Assembly (NCBI RefSeq): GCF_037565025.1
Contig: NZ_CP148423.1
Source of the DNA: Escherichia coli
Lineage (GTDB): Bacteria > Pseudomonadota > Gammaproteobacteria > Enterobacterales > Enterobacteriaceae
Reading direction: 5' to 3' (one strand)
DNA length: 32,000 nucleotides
Part shown: positions 31,893 to 32,000 of the stretch, piece after piece
Layout of the letters: each line of letters opens with the position of its first letter
Position numbering within the stretch: position 1 is the stretch's first letter
The notes under the pieces: model-generated
What the model saw: the letters and a program-made list of their open reading frames with translations, nothing else
The model's database searches: none
What the model was told of the DNA's origin: nothing
Position numbers and translations under genes: made by a program

Positions 31893-32000
31893 TTAGCACA
31901 ACGGACGTACAGCTTCGCGCATCCCTTTTTCAAGAATCGCATCCAGGTCATTAGCAACCTGCTCGACCAGACCAGGCACTTGCGTCAGGTCCTGCTCCCA
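31893..32000 (-). CDS. uxaB: Altronate oxidoreductase, C-terminal 35 codons (partial at the window edge)
   Basis: The translation …[35 protein letters not shown] matches the UxaB C-terminus. Confidence 0.9.
   Translation of the reverse strand, partial: WEQDLTQVPGLVEQVANDLDAILEKGMREAVRPLC

Overview
Escherichia coli-type chromosome terminus region. The right edge keeps the K-12 gene order hipA-hipB ... tam-yneE-uxaB. There are three parts. (1) Bases 1-11.3 kb are a foreign island. It holds a very AT-rich toxin-like gene of at least 1,675 codons, broken by one frameshift in a G7 run. This is followed by nested IS debris: an IS66-family fragment cut by an IS911-like element, which is itself cut by a complete IS100 with a 5-bp target duplication. 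A truncated Tn554-like tyrosine-recombinase module follows and ends about 125 bp from a 27/28 dif site. (2) Bases 11.36-28.03 kb are two head-to-tail copies (period 8,332 bp; I found 3 mismatches) of a filamentous (inovirus) prophage. Its gene order matches Ff (II-V-VII-IX-VIII-III-VI-I-IV), with a divergent regulator module, and it is integrated at dif. It looks like the CUS-1/Ypf-phi type, from memory. (3) Bases 28.1-32 kb are hipBA with its four operators, tam, yneE and the 3' end of uxaB; the K-12 yneO-lsr block between hipB and tam is absent. The most interesting sequence-level observations are as follows. Each phage unit carries a fold-back pair of inverted dif-like sites, consistent with CTX-style single-stranded attP. 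A 62-72 nt ungapped homolog of the ColE1/pMB1 segment just downstream of oriV (recalled to be a PriA primosome-assembly site) lies between phage genes I and IV. The gene VI homolog is split over two reading frames at T-runs in both copies. GATC is strongly depleted in the phage, and two of the three inter-copy SNPs each destroy a GATC site. I recognised no rRNA, tRNA or CRISPR array.
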